A stretch of 64,000 bases of DNA from Octopus sinensis. Its lineage: Eukaryota. Numbering within the stretch: position 1 is the stretch's first letter; every line of letters starts with the position of its first letter. The notes beneath the pieces were generated by a model. It saw nothing but the letters and a program-made list of their open reading frames with translations. It was not told the origin of the DNA and did not search any database. Positions 39,724 through 54,926 of the stretch are shown in pieces. The DNA is taken from the NCBI RefSeq assembly GCF_006345805.1, contig NC_043007.1, positions 46,872,001 to 46,936,000 on the forward strand, read 5' to 3'. A program made the position numbers and the translations under genes.

Positions 39724-40919
39724 AAAATTACACATAGTGTACAAGACATCAGCAAGGAGTGAAAAATAGGTAAACACACGAGAGATAAGTACAGGAAGTG
39801 CTTGTATGTAAAAGCAATATAGTCACACTAATGTATATATACAGATACATATGTGTATTATGTATATAGACTCACACATTCATACAGTTTTTGTATGGGA
39901 GAAAACTTCTCAGTTACATAATCTGTACTATTCTAAGCGTTTATATTTTCTGAAATTATCGATCACTTAGAGAATTTTTTTTAAAGTATCACTGTGACTG
40001 AATTTGTGATTATTAGATTTAAAATATATAATTAATTTAAAAAGTAACTACCAAATTCATTTAGAAACAATTATTGCCATAATTGATAACTTTGTTGTAC
40101 TTATTATCCTTATGGTCGTGTTTACGATGGCAATATATGTATGTATACAAGTATGCACGTGCCGTTGTGCTAGCTTGTGTAAAAGAAGAGAAAACGGAAG
40201 GAGAGATAGAGTGTGAAATTTTAGCGACATATTTTTCACTTCTTTGAGTCAAATAACTAAAAGATATGTATTGAAATGAAAGGAAATAGGATTATAGTAC
40301 CAAATTATTTTTTAGCTCCACAGCTGTTTCGGTGTTATTTAAATTCGTCTCACCCATACTGCCGGAACGTCAATAAAAATTTGAAATTTATTATGCATTC
40401 AATATTTTTCTTGCTCACATTAGTTATCTGCTGCAACAGTTCGCATGTTCCCATATAGATTATTCTTATTTAGGCCTTAATGATAAGTGATATATTTTCG
40501 TCATCAGTGAACATAAAAAGTGAAAATAACTTCCAAGAGAAGTATGCAGTTCGAATTACCCCTATATGCACGCCCAGTTTATCTAACAGAAAGATAACAA
40601 ATAGTTTAAGGCATCAGGTGTTAATATTTTCAGCATTTATTTTATTTCTCATCACATTCATATGTGTTGAACATTAATTCTCATTCGATTAAATATATAT
40701 AAAATTTTGTAAGAGAGATAATTACTGCAAATTATAATAACGATTTAGGTAAAAAGTGAAAATATAAATTACTGGAGGTTTAATGGTATTTACTTATATA
40801 GGATTTCGGAGTTAGTGTGGAAACATATTTTATAGTTGGGAAATAGAGATCATATGTTTCATTACATCAAAACGTATGAGTTGCATACGCTGATATTCTT
40901 TATTATATTAAGTTAAATA

Positions 40920-42189
40920 TATCAGGTCATTAAGAATGAAATGTTCGATTTTCTCCTCCACCAAGTTTGACAGTCGTTAACTTTAATGTTTTATCCTGAA
41001 AATTCATGTTTTACAAATTTGAAGAGTTACATCATTACTTTTCGAAATGCAATTCATGGTGTCTGATTGTATTGTGAGTTTCCTCTTGTAAATCAATTTT
41101 TATGGACACTTGGATAGATCCAAAATACATGTTGTTTATGAAAATGGGTTCCGTCGTGGAACCACTGCATCCCAGACAGCTCGAAACATCAATGAGGCGT
41201 GTGGAGAAGATGAGGCGAATAAGCGCACTGTACGTCGATGGTTCGACAAGTTTTGGTCTGGTGACTTTACTCTGAAAATCAGCCCGTGGTAGACCTGAGA
41301 CCAAGGTGGATAATAATGAACTGGGAACTGTTGTGGAAATGGATACACGTCAAACTACTCGAGAGTTAGAAGCAAAGTTTGATGTTTTGATTCTAAATGT
41401 ATTGGACCATCTTCAACAAATCAGCAAGGTAAAGAATCTGGACAAGTGTGTATAACACGAAATAAACGAGCATGAAATGACACGCCGTCTTGAAACTTGC
41501 TGTTCTTTGCTGTCACGGCATAAAATTGAACCATTTTTGCATCGTATTGTTACGTGTACTGAAAAATGGATTCTCTTCGACAATAGAAAGCGTCGAATAG
41601 ACACGAAGTAGCAAACACAGCCCTGAAAAGAATATTTACAAAAAAAAAGCTAACGGTGTATGTTTGGTGGTGCAGCGCTGATGTCAACCACTACAGCTTC
41701 ATGAGACCTGGTAAGTCAATTACAGCGGTTGTATACATCAACCACATGAGGGAAATGATGAGTGACATTGCAATTAAACAGCCGAGATAGGTAAAAAAAA
41801 AAGACAGGCCTATTCTCTTGCAAGACAATGCTCGACAACATGTTGCACAAATATCGCTACTCAATTTACAAGAACTGAACTTAGAAGTATCTGTAATCCA
41901 CCATATGCACCAGAACTTGCACCGACTGACTATCACGTTTTCCAGGCATTAGACAACATTTTGCAAGGAAAAAACTTCAAATGTGAAGGAGATGCAAAGA
42001 CAGCCTTTCGTGATTTCATCACGTCTTGCCCTCTATAATTCTTCACTACCGGCATAAATAAGCTACCGATAAAATGGCAAATTTGTGTTGATAATTTCGG
42101 TGCATACTTTAGTTAACTATATTGCGTTTCGTTGAGATACAGTAAACTTTCATTTGAAAATCGTACATTTCATTCTCAATGATCTGATA
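40920..42189 (+). mobile_element. Full-length decayed mariner (DD34D, Hsmar1/cecropia-like)
   Basis: 33-bp TIRs tatcaggtcattaagaatgaaatgttcgatttt / aaaatcgtacatttcattctcaatgatctgata. MDRSKIHVVY...TVRRWF, RIVTCTEKWILFDN, QDNARQH and PPYAPELAPTDYHVF. Confidence 0.92.
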
Positions 42190-42411
42190 TTAAATATATA
42201 CATGTATAGATGGCATTTATTTTCAAATTAAATGTTAGCTATTAAACAAAATTCATAGACCACATATTACACTAGAATACAAATGGTATTTCTTAAAACT
42301 TTAAACGTGAATGCGTTTTATAGTAAATTATAATTCATGCATTATACAGTGGTGTACATATGCATTCACATATATACTTTCAATGTACAGGAATTCGTAT
42401 ATACAGATATA

Positions 42412-42451
<40 letters not shown>

Positions 42452-42467
42452 CACACACACACATATG

Positions 42468-42513
<46 letters not shown>

Positions 42514-42544
42514 ATATATATATATATAGTTCATGTTTATAGAA

Positions 42545-43345
42545 AAAGAAAGCCATCAAGTGTCAAGTGTTTGATGCTCGGGAAACATGGTCAAGTCTTT
42601 CACGTTTCGGGCATACGCTCTTCGACAGAAAGGAATAAGAGGAAATTAATAGAGAATGACAGAAACGTGTTGAGTTCAGTAGTCCAACATGGCGATGAGT
42701 AGAAAAGAAGAGGTTGAATGAAAGCGATATAACAATAAAGAAATGATCAATGAAGGAGTGATAATTCATGGTAATCCCAAGGAGAGGAGGTGCGCAATCA
42801 TGTGTGTATGTGAGAATGATGTGTGTATGCGTGTGAGTGTGAATGAGTAAATGGACCAAGTGAGTTTGACGTGTGTATGTGTGCGCATGTGTAACGCGAG
42901 TGTCCGTGTATATGTGTGGGGGAGCTGTTTTGTGGCAGTTCATGTATGCTTTTACACGTGATGTGAGCACATATTTAAGTGTGTGTAAGTGCCACTGTCA
43001 CGAATTAGTGTGCATGTGTATAGCGTGTACATGTTATCTTTGTCTATGCATGTTACGTGTGTTTATGCGTGTTGCATATGTGTATATGCGTGTAAGGGTA
43101 TATATACTGTTTGTGTTCAGGTATTATATGCTTGTGTGCATGTGGCAGTGTGCATGATGGTGTGAAGTGTGTGTGCTGAGAGGTATCAGTGGAGTGGGAA
43201 AGTATTGAGTGTGTATGTGTGGTGCAATGGTGTATGAAGCGTGTGCTGGGTTGAACAGTGCGTATGGGTGTGTGTATAGCTGTGGGTGTGGATAATAGTA
43301 TTGAGGTGAAAGTTGGTGGGAATCGAAGGGGGATGTTCCAAATGA
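42545..43345 (-). mobile_element. Longer family P1 copy with CA-rich low-complexity 5' part
   Basis: Minus cctttctgtcgaagagcgtatgcccgaaacgtgaaagac at 42595-42633; TA tracts at both ends. The upstream extent is uncertain. Confidence 0.5.
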
Positions 43346-44079
43346 ATATATATATATATATATATATAGTTGAAAATATCGTTATAAGTATAAATATAAC
43401 ATAATCAAGTATAAAACATGGAGGAGAAAAAGATATTGAATCAAGTTTAGATTTAATACAAAATTGGATTCAATACATACGCACGTTTCAAAAGACAATA
43501 CAAATATGTAAGAAAAAAGTTATGATCATAGTAATTATAATTAAATTTATGCATCGACATTCTCATCAGTGCGATGAATTATTGGAAGGACTTCAAAAAA
43601 TGTTTAATAAAATAAAATACAATAAGGGAGAATACAGATTGTGTAATGGGTAAAATCGGATATTTAAAAACAAGTTGTAAAAGGGAAAAAATAACAGTAG
43701 AATATAATAGTGACAGAGACGAAAGAGAAAAAAAGACAGACATATCAAAGTGTATGCAAGTCTATATGTGCAGTAAATTATAACATAACAATAAAAATCT
43801 AACGGATATGTTTAAAGAAATAGTAACATGCCGAGACGAAGTGTAATGTAAACAAAGCAACGTGTGTGTAGTAGGATATAATGCAACGGGTACACTAGCA
43901 GAGAAAAGTCATAGAGAGTTATACGAATACATATTAATATTGAAAAACGAATATATATATATATATATACAAGAGGCTAAACAGGCAACACGGTGTTTGA
44001 ATAAGATGCAATATTTAACTAAAAATGTACATACAAGCAGAGAAAAATCAAACGGAACTTAATAAAGAAAAAGTATAGA

Positions 44080-44107
44080 TCACAGACAGGACCGGTCCTG
44101 TCTGTGA
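44080..44107. repeat. Perfect 28-bp palindrome
   Basis: TCACAGACAGGACCGGTCCTGTCTGTGA equals its own reverse complement. Confidence 0.95.
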
Positions 44108-45195
44108 GCCTCACTACTCTTCGGCCACATTGACTAAGGTTATTTTGGATGTTTGTTGTCGTCTAAACGTTTTGCTGTGCTCAAAATTATGCTGCACATT
44201 TTACTGTTTGATGACCCGATACCGCACCACCTTGGCGCAACACTGTCTAACACATTGTGCCGTAATGCAAGTACAAAAAACCTTGTGCAATGAAAAGACA
44301 TTGGACATCTTGGAAAATTTCATCGCCAAAACGAGCGAGCGTCGAAGAACTTTAGGAATAATTTGAAGCATTACTTCTTATAAAGCAACAAAAATGACTA
44401 TACCTATGTTTGTTTTGATACTGAAATTGAAAGAACGTTTGTAAAAGTGTTTTTTTTAAAGATTTGGTACCTCTGTCTGCACACACTTAGCAAACTTCGT
44501 TACCAGGCCACCGTTTGGATGTTGAATTATATTATCAAATTTGTAGTTCTATTAACCTCTTCTACGAAAACGTATTGCGTTCTAAATATATTCTCCATTG
44601 ACAGTTAATTTATGCGTGGAAGTTCGGAATTACTTCCCATTAGAATACTATTCATTACAGAGAATTATTACTTTCTTGTGTTAAGATAAATCACCTATCT
44701 GTTCCCCATCTCCTCAAACAACTTCTGTTGATCCGACCACTATATGATGAATCTTTGAAGGAATAGAAATATTGACCCCCATTTCTGTGAGATTGTATTA
44801 GTTGTACATTGAATGTCTACTAATATATAAAAGTGCCGCCTACGATATTTTAATTGGATATGTAAGTCTATTGAGTGAACAGCCTTGTGTTTGATATGAA
44901 ATGTTTCTGAATAGTTTATAATACATTGCACTTTGTATGAAGCTTTTAAGAATCAAATAGTAAATCGGTTATAGTATTTATCATTTTACAACCTATATAT
45001 ATATACAATTATATACACACTTATAGGCATATACATATATACAGACATACACACACACACATAAACACACACTTACATATATACTGTAATCAATCAATAA
45101 ATCAATTTATCTATCTATCTATATATATATATAGTACTGAATATGTACATATATTGTAATATTTATATATGTGTGTGTGTGTGTGAGTGTCCTTG

Positions 45196-45240
<45 letters not shown>

Positions 45241-45517
45241 CTCTATATATATGTACATATATATATATATATATATGGTACTGAATATGTACATATATTG
45301 TAATATTTATATGTGTGTGTGTGTGTGTGTGTGTGAGTGTCCTTCTATATGAAAGTGTGTGTGCGTGTGTTTGTTTACACAATAAAATCATGCTGCGGTA
45401 TCAGGCTTTTCTTTTCAATCATCAATCGTTTACAATTTATGTCGATAAATGTTATATTGAACACACGGCTATTCCCTCTCCATATATATATATATATATA
45501 TAATATATATATACATA

Positions 45518-45549
<32 letters not shown>

Positions 45550-45653
45550 GTTATGTATGTATGTATGTACGTATGTATCTATGTGTATGTATGTAAGTAT
45601 GTATGTAATATTGCCGGCTAATTCGCAATTTTGAAACCTAATGGTGAAATACA

Positions 45654-45731
<78 letters not shown>

Positions 45732-45741
45732 TATATATATA

Positions 45742-46236
45742 CAGGATGTCCCCAAAAAATGTATACACTTGCTGCAACAGTCTGTCATGCCAAGCATTAG
45801 AGAGGACTTTGAACAGGGAGAGTTTTATTTCCAGCAAGATGGGGCACCTCCACACTACCATTGCGATGTTAGATCCTTTCTTGATGGGATCTTGCCAAAC
45901 AGGTGGATTGGACGGAGAGGTTTTGTCGAATACCCTCCACGTTCACCAGACCTCACACCACTAGACTTCTTTTTATGGGGATACCTAAAGGACAAAGTCT
46001 ACGCACAGAAACTTGTACGAATATCCCAAGGGAATTGTTCCATGACGTGTGCCATTCCATCGCTTCGCGTTGTCAGCAGTGTCTGGAGCAGAACGGACAT
46101 CAGTTTGAGAACATGCGATAACAAGACAATAGAATGATATTTGTAAATTCTTTTACATGTTCAAAATTGTTCGAATTATAATAAACCCCAAATTTACAAT
46201 TATTTAAGGTGTGTATACATTTTTTGGGACACCCTG
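45742..46236 (+). mobile_element. Internally deleted DD41D (rosa/Visitor-type) Tc1/mariner element
   Basis: TIRs CAGGATGTCCCCAAAAAATGTATACAC / GTGTATACATTTTTTGGGACACCCTG with TA on both sides. QQDGAPPH...[16 protein letters not shown] has 41 residues between the 2nd and 3rd Asp. Confidence 0.9.
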
Positions 46237-46255
46237 TATATAATTTTGAAACCTA

Positions 46256-46332
<77 letters not shown>

Positions 46333-46334
46333 CA

Positions 46335-46525
46335 GGCGAGCTGGCAAGAACATTACTTAGTATTATTTCGTCTGTCTTTGTGTTCTGAGATCAAATTCCG
46401 CCGAAGTCAACTTTGCTTTCATCCTTTCGGGGTTGATAAATTAAGTATCAGTTGCGTAGGGGCGTCGATGTAATCGATTGTCTCCTTCACCCAAAATTTC
46501 GGGCCTTGTGCCTAGAGTAGAAAAG
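46335..46525 (+). mobile_element. tRNA-derived SINE family S1
   Basis: ggcgagctggcaagaac (A-box-like) and ctgagatcaaattcc (B-box-like); body shared with the 6300, 51150 and 3245 copies. Confidence 0.75.
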
Positions 46526-46534
46526 AAAAATAGC

Positions 46535-46574
<40 letters not shown>

Positions 46575-46584
46575 TGTGTGTGTG

Positions 46585-46661
<77 letters not shown>

Positions 46662-48787
46662 GTGTGTGTGTGAGCGGGTGTGTCTGTGTGTGCCTGTTAA
46701 CAATTGTGTTAACAATTGCTGATTGCAATATATGGCCTGGTTTATATATTAGTTTGTTACAATTCTTATATTCTTTATTGAAACCCATCAATGTCGACTT
46801 TACATTTAATCACTTAATCATTCGGGTGTCGATGAATTAAATGTCAGTGAATTACTCCAATTAACATTATGTATTATGCCATCAAAAGCGCTGAACCATA
46901 ATTGCTGTCATACAATAATAATAAACCGATACCCAGAGTTAATCTTCCACATTCAATCAGTAAGAGTATATTAGTTATGCAGCATTTTATCCACTTATTG
47001 TTACAATATTTTTTTCCTCTTGCCAAATATTCCTTTGCTTTATTCAAGTAGGAATCTCCTTCTGACTCCACATAATTTTGATGTTTTATCTATTATTACC
47101 ATTGTTTGTTCTCTACTTGCGAACGGAAGAATTTTCTTTTGGCAACACTAGCGATTCAATTTTATATAGATATGCTATACGATACATCCCATTAGGAATA
47201 AATATTCTGTACATGAGTGTGTTATTTCTCATATGAAAGCAAATTGCCTGTGTAAAGTAACATTTTTCGAAAGCAAATTTTCTTATAACTGTTATACAAG
47301 TTTTAAACAATTGTCACTAAAGGTGTATGTATGTGTATATATAGAGTATATATACATATACTGCTTTGTTACTGTTACTTCCACGTAAAACTAAGTCTGT
47401 CACCATTTCGAATATTTATCTGCCAGGCAGTCATTGGGCATATTCTTACACAGTTACACAGAATGAAAAGAGGAATATCCCATTCTCATCAGCATAAAGG
47501 TCTTCGAGGCGCCTCCACCGATACATTAGGGACCATTTCTACTAAAGATCTAGAATTTGAACAGAAAAGTGGTATTCGCTAAAGTCAGAAAGAATTTGTT
47601 GAATGTGAATATGAACGGAAAATGCATATACTCGGTAAATTATTTAAATTCACGTTATTTTGACAGTCTCGACGTATATATCAGTCCTAATTCAGTGTGA
47701 AAATATGACTTGTTAACTTATAATTCCTTCTCTGAAAAGAGAACCAGAAGTGTGAAGTTATAACTGAATAAAAAACATTGATCGTATATTAGGAAAAGAA
47801 AACACCTTTCCTGGAAGTAGGTCTTACCGCTAGTGCGTTCAATATTTTCCTTGACATATAAGAGTAGATATCAAACTATTCCAAATATCTATTCTGATAT
47901 CTCAGTACTCAAGAAGGTATGTTCTCTATTGAAAATTAGTGTGGAATATGCACACAATCACACACACGGATACACAAATGTATATAAATATATGGATATG
48001 TGTGTGTATATATATAGAGAGAGAGAGAAGAGAAAAGTAAGATAAAGGGAGAGAGATGAGAGAGAGAGGGGAAAGAAAGAGAGATATTGGTCAGTTCAAA
48101 CATAGGTTGATATGATTGTAATATATCTGCCGGCACATAACTAAAGATAGAAAGAAGGAAATTGAGAGAATTAGAAAATATATTTGTACAATATTGAATG
48201 CGTATCTTTGAACAGAACAGTAAATATAATACAGGTATAGGATTGATAATTATACAAAACCGCAGTAATTGTTTATATTTCAATTTACGGGTAGATTATT
48301 ACTTAGCATAACTTGGAACATGTTTGGTACAATATTTCAGACAAGCAATAATGTGCTTTTTTTTTCTTAACCCCTAAACATGGCTTTTCCTGCGAGAAAA
48401 ATTAAGTAGCTGAAGTATTTAAAGGCACTATCAAAAAGATATTCTGCTGAGAGCTGATAAAGTCATATTTTGACAAGTACTTAGTACTAACATATCGGAG
48501 TGAAATATTAAATATAGATTATAAGTGATTATTCATGTCAGTAAAATTCGGTGATATATATTTAATCCAAAGATTGTCTTCCAACAAAAAAGATATAATT
48601 GCATTCATCTATATTTTAAAACGAATCTGACTGTACACGTAATTTAATAACAGCTTGGAGATTTCGTATTTCTCTTTAATAATTATGCAGCTTTTAGATC
48701 AGCAGATACTTCCTTAGCAAAAGTGCTATACTATTGACTAAAATGTATGTTCGTTTTTATAATTTCAGTGAGTGGTACTATACTATG

Positions 48788-49575
48788 TACGACGGTCGGC
48801 TGAAAAGTTCAGAGCCTCACCAAGATACTTTCATCCAATGTGACCAAATGAAGTTTATTTTTCAACATAGTCTTTCTTGCGGTCCATACACTTCTTCCAT
48901 TAGTGTTGCAGTGCTTGGATATCATTGGTCAAGAAACTTTCATCTTCTACGTCAAACAAATTCATCAACAGCAGACGTAGCGTCAATATCCCTGCAATAC
49001 TGATTCTCTGCCAATATTTTTTTTCTTTTTTAATGTTCGGGAACAGATGGTTGTCATATGTGGAGAAATCGAGAAAATAGGGAAGATGATCGCCACAGTC
49101 ACGCACAGCAGACATTGGAACAAATGACTTGTGTGCTGGAGTACTGTCCTTCTGAAACAAGACACCTTTCTTCAATTTTCCGTGCTTTCAGTCTTATTAC
49201 CTTTTCGTAACTGCCTCAGCAAGATGGCATAGAACACTCTGTTGATGGCGTAGCCATTTTCTAGATATTCAATAAGCACAATGATTTTCGCATCCCCAGG
49301 TTTCTGGGGATGCCATCAACTTTCCTGGGGAGGAAAAGAACATGGTGTTATATGGTGCAGATGAGAAGTGGATTTCCACTGCATCGATTGTCTCTTTGTT
49401 GCTGGTTAAAACTCACCTTGGGTTGGGAATCATTCAAGGAATGCCAGCTGGTCAGCACATTTTTTCTATCAACATAAGATTTTCTCTTGATGTTTATCAG
49501 CCGCGTGTGCTTTACATCAAGTGTCAGTCGACTTGTGTCACCCACTTCGCCATACGAAGTTTATTGTGCAAGATA
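48788..49575 (-). mobile_element. Partial mariner, same family as 18806 and 38379
   Basis: TIR tacgacggtcggctgaaaagttcagagcc; minus ORF KGVLFQKDSTPAH...HLPYFLDFSTYDNHLFPN. Confidence 0.8.
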
Positions 49576-50613
49576 TAATTGGCTCTCTCATGGAATATGC
49601 TAATAGATTTGACTACATTATTTATAGTCAATCATTTATCATTGTTTTCCCCGGTGGTGGCAGTCGTCCCCAATTCTTTATCCCCTCCTAAATTCAGCTT
49701 CCCACTTTTGCAGGGTTTATGTATATATATATATACACTATACAATCATATGATCGATAACCACATGTAGCACAGAGTGACAAACTTTTGCATTTTAAAA
49801 TTCACCGTATTTTATTTGCTGCTATAGAATATTCTTCCTATACATATACACGAGAAGGTGATAGGTTGTTAGAGGTCGACTCGTATCAGACAGATAATAT
49901 CAAACTAATGTTTGTCGTGGTGAATCTGCATCCTAGACCGGTTATAACAATGACCATCAACGTTCGTGTATTATAGTTGAGGTAGAAAAAAATATGCTGT
50001 TGAACACGATTCTTGATTTGATTCAGTTTGGATTCAAAGCATGGCAAGATAGCAAGAACGGACATAGAAAATATTTTCTATATTCTAATAAAATCATTCT
50101 AGTTTATTCACTACTAAAAAACACGTTGACATAATATGATAACATGGAGATTTTAGATTTGATTTCTTACTTTGAAATATGGCAAGAAATTTATGCAGAA
50201 ATTGAATCAAATAGAACTGAATTCCTGCTTCCCTCCAGAGATATGCCGGCTTAAATTATAAATCAGATGAGCTTCAATTGGTAATACACAATATGATTAA
50301 TACATCAACTCGCCCACAACTGGTTTCTTACTTCGCTATACTCGCTTCACTTTTAGCAAAGCTTGATAAATATCGTGTAAATGAATGCCTACATCGAATT
50401 TTGATAGAATTCAATAATTTACATTCAAATTCAATCCTATGATTGAATTATGGCTTACTAAAAACTATTAGTTCGCTTAGTTTAATTAACATTCAAGCAT
50501 TCAGCTAAGACCACGACAATTATTCCCCGATGAAAACATCTACATAACGCATAAGATATAGATGAATACACACATACACAATGCAGACACACAAACACAC
50601 ACACACACATATA

Positions 50614-50661
<48 letters not shown>

Positions 50662-51149
50662 TGTATATACACATGTATGTATGTATATATGTTATATATA
50701 TATATATATATATATACATACACACACATGAATATATATTTATGTATGTATGTATATGACCCCAGTTCATTCGCTGGACAGAAACTCATTTGTGCATGCA
50801 ACGTTTGTTTTATCTATTAATACTTTCTTAGAGTTCGACTGTAAACCATATTTAATCTATCTGCGATCTATTATTCCAATTAAATGAATATAGCAAACAT
50901 CACGTAGCAGCGGCTAACGTGTCAGAGATTTCAGTCTCGTTAAATAACATCGGTTTCCATATAGTCAATGTTGCAGGCTCTCTAGTGGCGTTTGCCTTAT
51001 TGAATAGATTTCAGTGATATGTTATTTATCATAGGCTTTTGTCATAGCTTAATTAAATCTGTATAAAACTCGCCAGCTAATAAATGTCCTTAACATTTTA
51101 ATCTTTGAATATATGTGTGTGTGTATTTGCATAGTATTAATACTAATTG

Positions 51150-51520
51150 TTGGTTTCGAATTTTGACACAATCCCAGGAATTTCAGAGATGGGGATAGTC
51201 GACGTCAGTGATCAACTTGTACTTAATTTATCGACACCGAAAGGACGAAAGTCAAAGTCGATCTCAGTGGAACTGGAACTCAGAACATAAAGACATACGA
51301 AATGCTGCTAAGCATTTGGTTCGGCTTGCTAACGATGCCGGCAGTATGCAAGCTTAGTATTAAAACTAATAATTGGGTCCCACTTTTTTGCACAAAGCCA
51401 GCAATTTCATGGGAGGGAGTAAGTTGATTACATTACTTCCAGCGTTCAACTAATATTCATTCTATCGATCTCGAAAAGATGAAAAAGGTCTTGGTGGAAT
51501 TTGAAATCATAAATTAAAGA
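51150..51520 (-). mobile_element. Two adjacent decayed S1 SINE copies
   Basis: ttatcgacaccgaaaggacgaaagtcaaagtcgatctcagtggaactggaactcagaacataaagac and ctatcgatctcgaaaagatgaaaaaggtc...ggaatttgaaatc. Confidence 0.6.
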
Positions 51521-51961
51521 CATAATCGTGATCTAAGCGTCTCACAATTTCTCTTATATTTTCAATACAATATTTCCCATATTCACAGTCGCCTTTTCGT
51601 ACTTAACTTCTTCACTTTCATTTTCCTAATATTTCTACTAACTGTTCAAGATAATCGTCGTCGAGATAAACTGAACCACTGAGTATTCGGGGGTCAATAG
51701 CTTTTTTAGATGTTCCAATAATTAAACACTAACTCCACTTGATTAAGGAAATGGAACCAGCTATATTGTCAGAAACATATACGCACGTCTGCTCTTAAAT
51801 TAAAGACGCTCAGTATGTCTAGTTCTAAAAATAATGATGTTGTCTATGATGTAACAATAACGTAGCGTTATTCCATTGTCATTATTTCGAACTTTTCCGT
51901 TTTTAGCAAATGAAAATATTTTGCAGTCTTTAATATCAATAGCTAAATCTAAACAACCAAT

Positions 51962-52713
51962 TACAGCAAGGTAACCAAAGGTAACTGGAAACGTTATCTA
52001 TGAGATGAGCCCGTTGCTGCTCGGGTTTCCACCGCTAGAAGTCACTTGATGCAACCTCAAGCATCAGTATGCCCCCGGTGTCGTTCTCTGCAGTCGTACT
52101 GACACGTGATGCTTCCGAGAAATCCTGTTTATTGCCGGGAAAGACAGCGGCCGAGATAGTTGTCATGTTTCAGACATCTTATAAGGATGATGCCATGAGA
52201 AAAACACAAGTTAACGAGTGGTTTACACGCTTTAGAAATGATCACTTCTAGCTGAAGACGAACTTCGTTCAGGTCGACCGTCGATCTCTCGAACGAATGA
52301 AATCATCAGGAAAAGTCATGAACTGATCTTGAAGTACGGTCACGCAAACATTGACGGACTTATTGATACGATTTGTGTATCCTGGAGCTCCTTCTAACGA
52401 GTTTTAAGTGAGGAATTACGAATGAAATGGTGTTCCAACAAAATTTGTGCCACTCTTGCTCACGGAAAATCACTGGTGATGAAAAATGTTGCTACGGAAT
52501 TTGCAGATGTGGAAGAGGTGATGAAAAAACGACAGAGGTGTCAAAATCATCACTTCGCAAGAGTTCCAATACTTCTTCAAACAGTGGTAAACACGTCTGG
52601 TCACATGCATTGCTTCAAATGAAGAAAGATTTGAAGGCGATAAAGTGCAAACATGTAAAACTGATTAAACTAACGTTACAAAGTTCTGGTTTCTTTTGGG
52701 TGCTCCCTCGGAT
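51962..52713 (+). mobile_element. Internally deleted mariner
   Basis: GKTAAEIVVMFQTSYKDDAMRKTQVNEWFTRFR and RSGRPS, KFVP motifs; decayed TIRs tacagcaaggtaaccaaaggtaactggaa / ttctggtttcttttgggtgctccctcgga. Confidence 0.7.
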
Positions 52714-52863
52714 ATGTTACAAATTAATTTTATGATTCATACATAGCTATATGTTTATGCGTATTTGTATGTATGTATGTAAACATATATATATATGTGT
52801 GTATATATATGTGTGCATATGTGTGTGTATTCATGTGTATACATATTTGCATACTGTTAATGC

Positions 52864-52941
<78 letters not shown>

Positions 52942-52948
52942 ACACACA

Positions 52949-53045
52949 CAGTAATCCCTCGACTATCGCGGGAGTTACACTCCAAAGACCTCCACGATAG
53001 ATGAAAATCCGCGATTTAGAAACATCATATGGCAAGGGAGTACTG
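52949..53045. mobile_element. 97-bp pogo/Tigger-like MITE
   Basis: Ends CAGTAATCCCTC / AAGGGAGTACTG (10 of 12 inverted match), inside CA/TA microsatellite. Confidence 0.6.
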
Positions 53046-53077
53046 CATATATATGTATATATAATATATATATATAT

Positions 53078-53146
<69 letters not shown>

Positions 53147-53657
53147 CTCTCAAGTTTGATCGCAATGCGTGATACACTTGTATGATTGTGTATTGTAGCA
53201 GGGCCTATGGCAAGCCTACATTATACACATATACTTGAAACCATTACTCGTACATGCAACCATAAAATATAATACCTGGCAAATCAAATGTACAAGTACA
53301 AGAGGTAACTTGATATTATGTATTTATCAATTCACTTTATAGGGATAACGTAAAAACGCAGAGAAATGGTACTAGATTATCTGAAATACTGTGTGGTCAG
53401 GTGTACAGTGAAAGAATGTCAATTGAATTAGAAATGAAATCACGTCTACTACGGGATCTCTATTAACTTTTGTAATACTCTGTGACGTCTAGTTGAGATT
53501 CACCATACGAATGTACATGCATGAACTGTTTATATGCATGTGTTCGTAAGTACGATAACATATGTACATTTATGTATTAATATGTGTGCGTGTGGCGTGC
53601 GTTTATGTGTGTGTGATTGTATATATACACCTTTATATGTGAAGAGATACATACATA

Positions 53658-54000
53658 GGAGGAGGAGACACCCTTCGGTCATGAATGACCATGGGATTGC
53701 ACCTAGAAAGTTACCTTCCAAGGCACAGGTCAGGGCAAGATTGTTTGTGGAAGGCTAGCTATCGCCGATGCATATCAGCCTCCCCACTCCAAACCACTGA
53801 TGTTATCAAAAATGAAAGACAAAGGCCGATACAGCTTGGCACTAGTCATGTCGCAACTTATGTCTACAGCTGAGTTAACTGGAGCAACGTGAAATAAAGT
53901 CTCTTGCTCAAGAACACACCACACAGCCCGGTCCGGGATCGAACTCACAACCTCACAATCGAAAGCTCTGCGCTCTAACCACAAAGCCATGTGCCTTCAC
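53658..54000 (-). mobile_element. tRNA-derived SINE with (TCC)n tail and 13-bp TSD
   Basis: Head gtgaaggcacatggctttgtggttagagcg...gagttcgatccc and core gtgttcttgagcaagagac. AGATACATACATA occurs at 53645-53657 and 54001-54013. Confidence 0.88.
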
Positions 54001-54016
54001 AGATACATACATACTT

Positions 54017-54079
<63 letters not shown>

Positions 54080-54227
54080 TACACACATACACATATATAA
54101 ATATATTATATACGTATGCATATACATACACACATACTCACACCACATACACATACACACTCACACAAACGCATACACATTCACAGACATTCGTGCGTGT
54201 GTGTGTGTGTGTTTTCAATAGGCAAGT

Positions 54228-54926
<699 letters not shown>

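Noticed and set aside
47400-47580. Candidate exon on either strand, and CTGATGA-GAAT/ATTC hairpin
   Set aside because: No recognisable protein; the hairpin is not followed by GAAA, so it is not a hammerhead.
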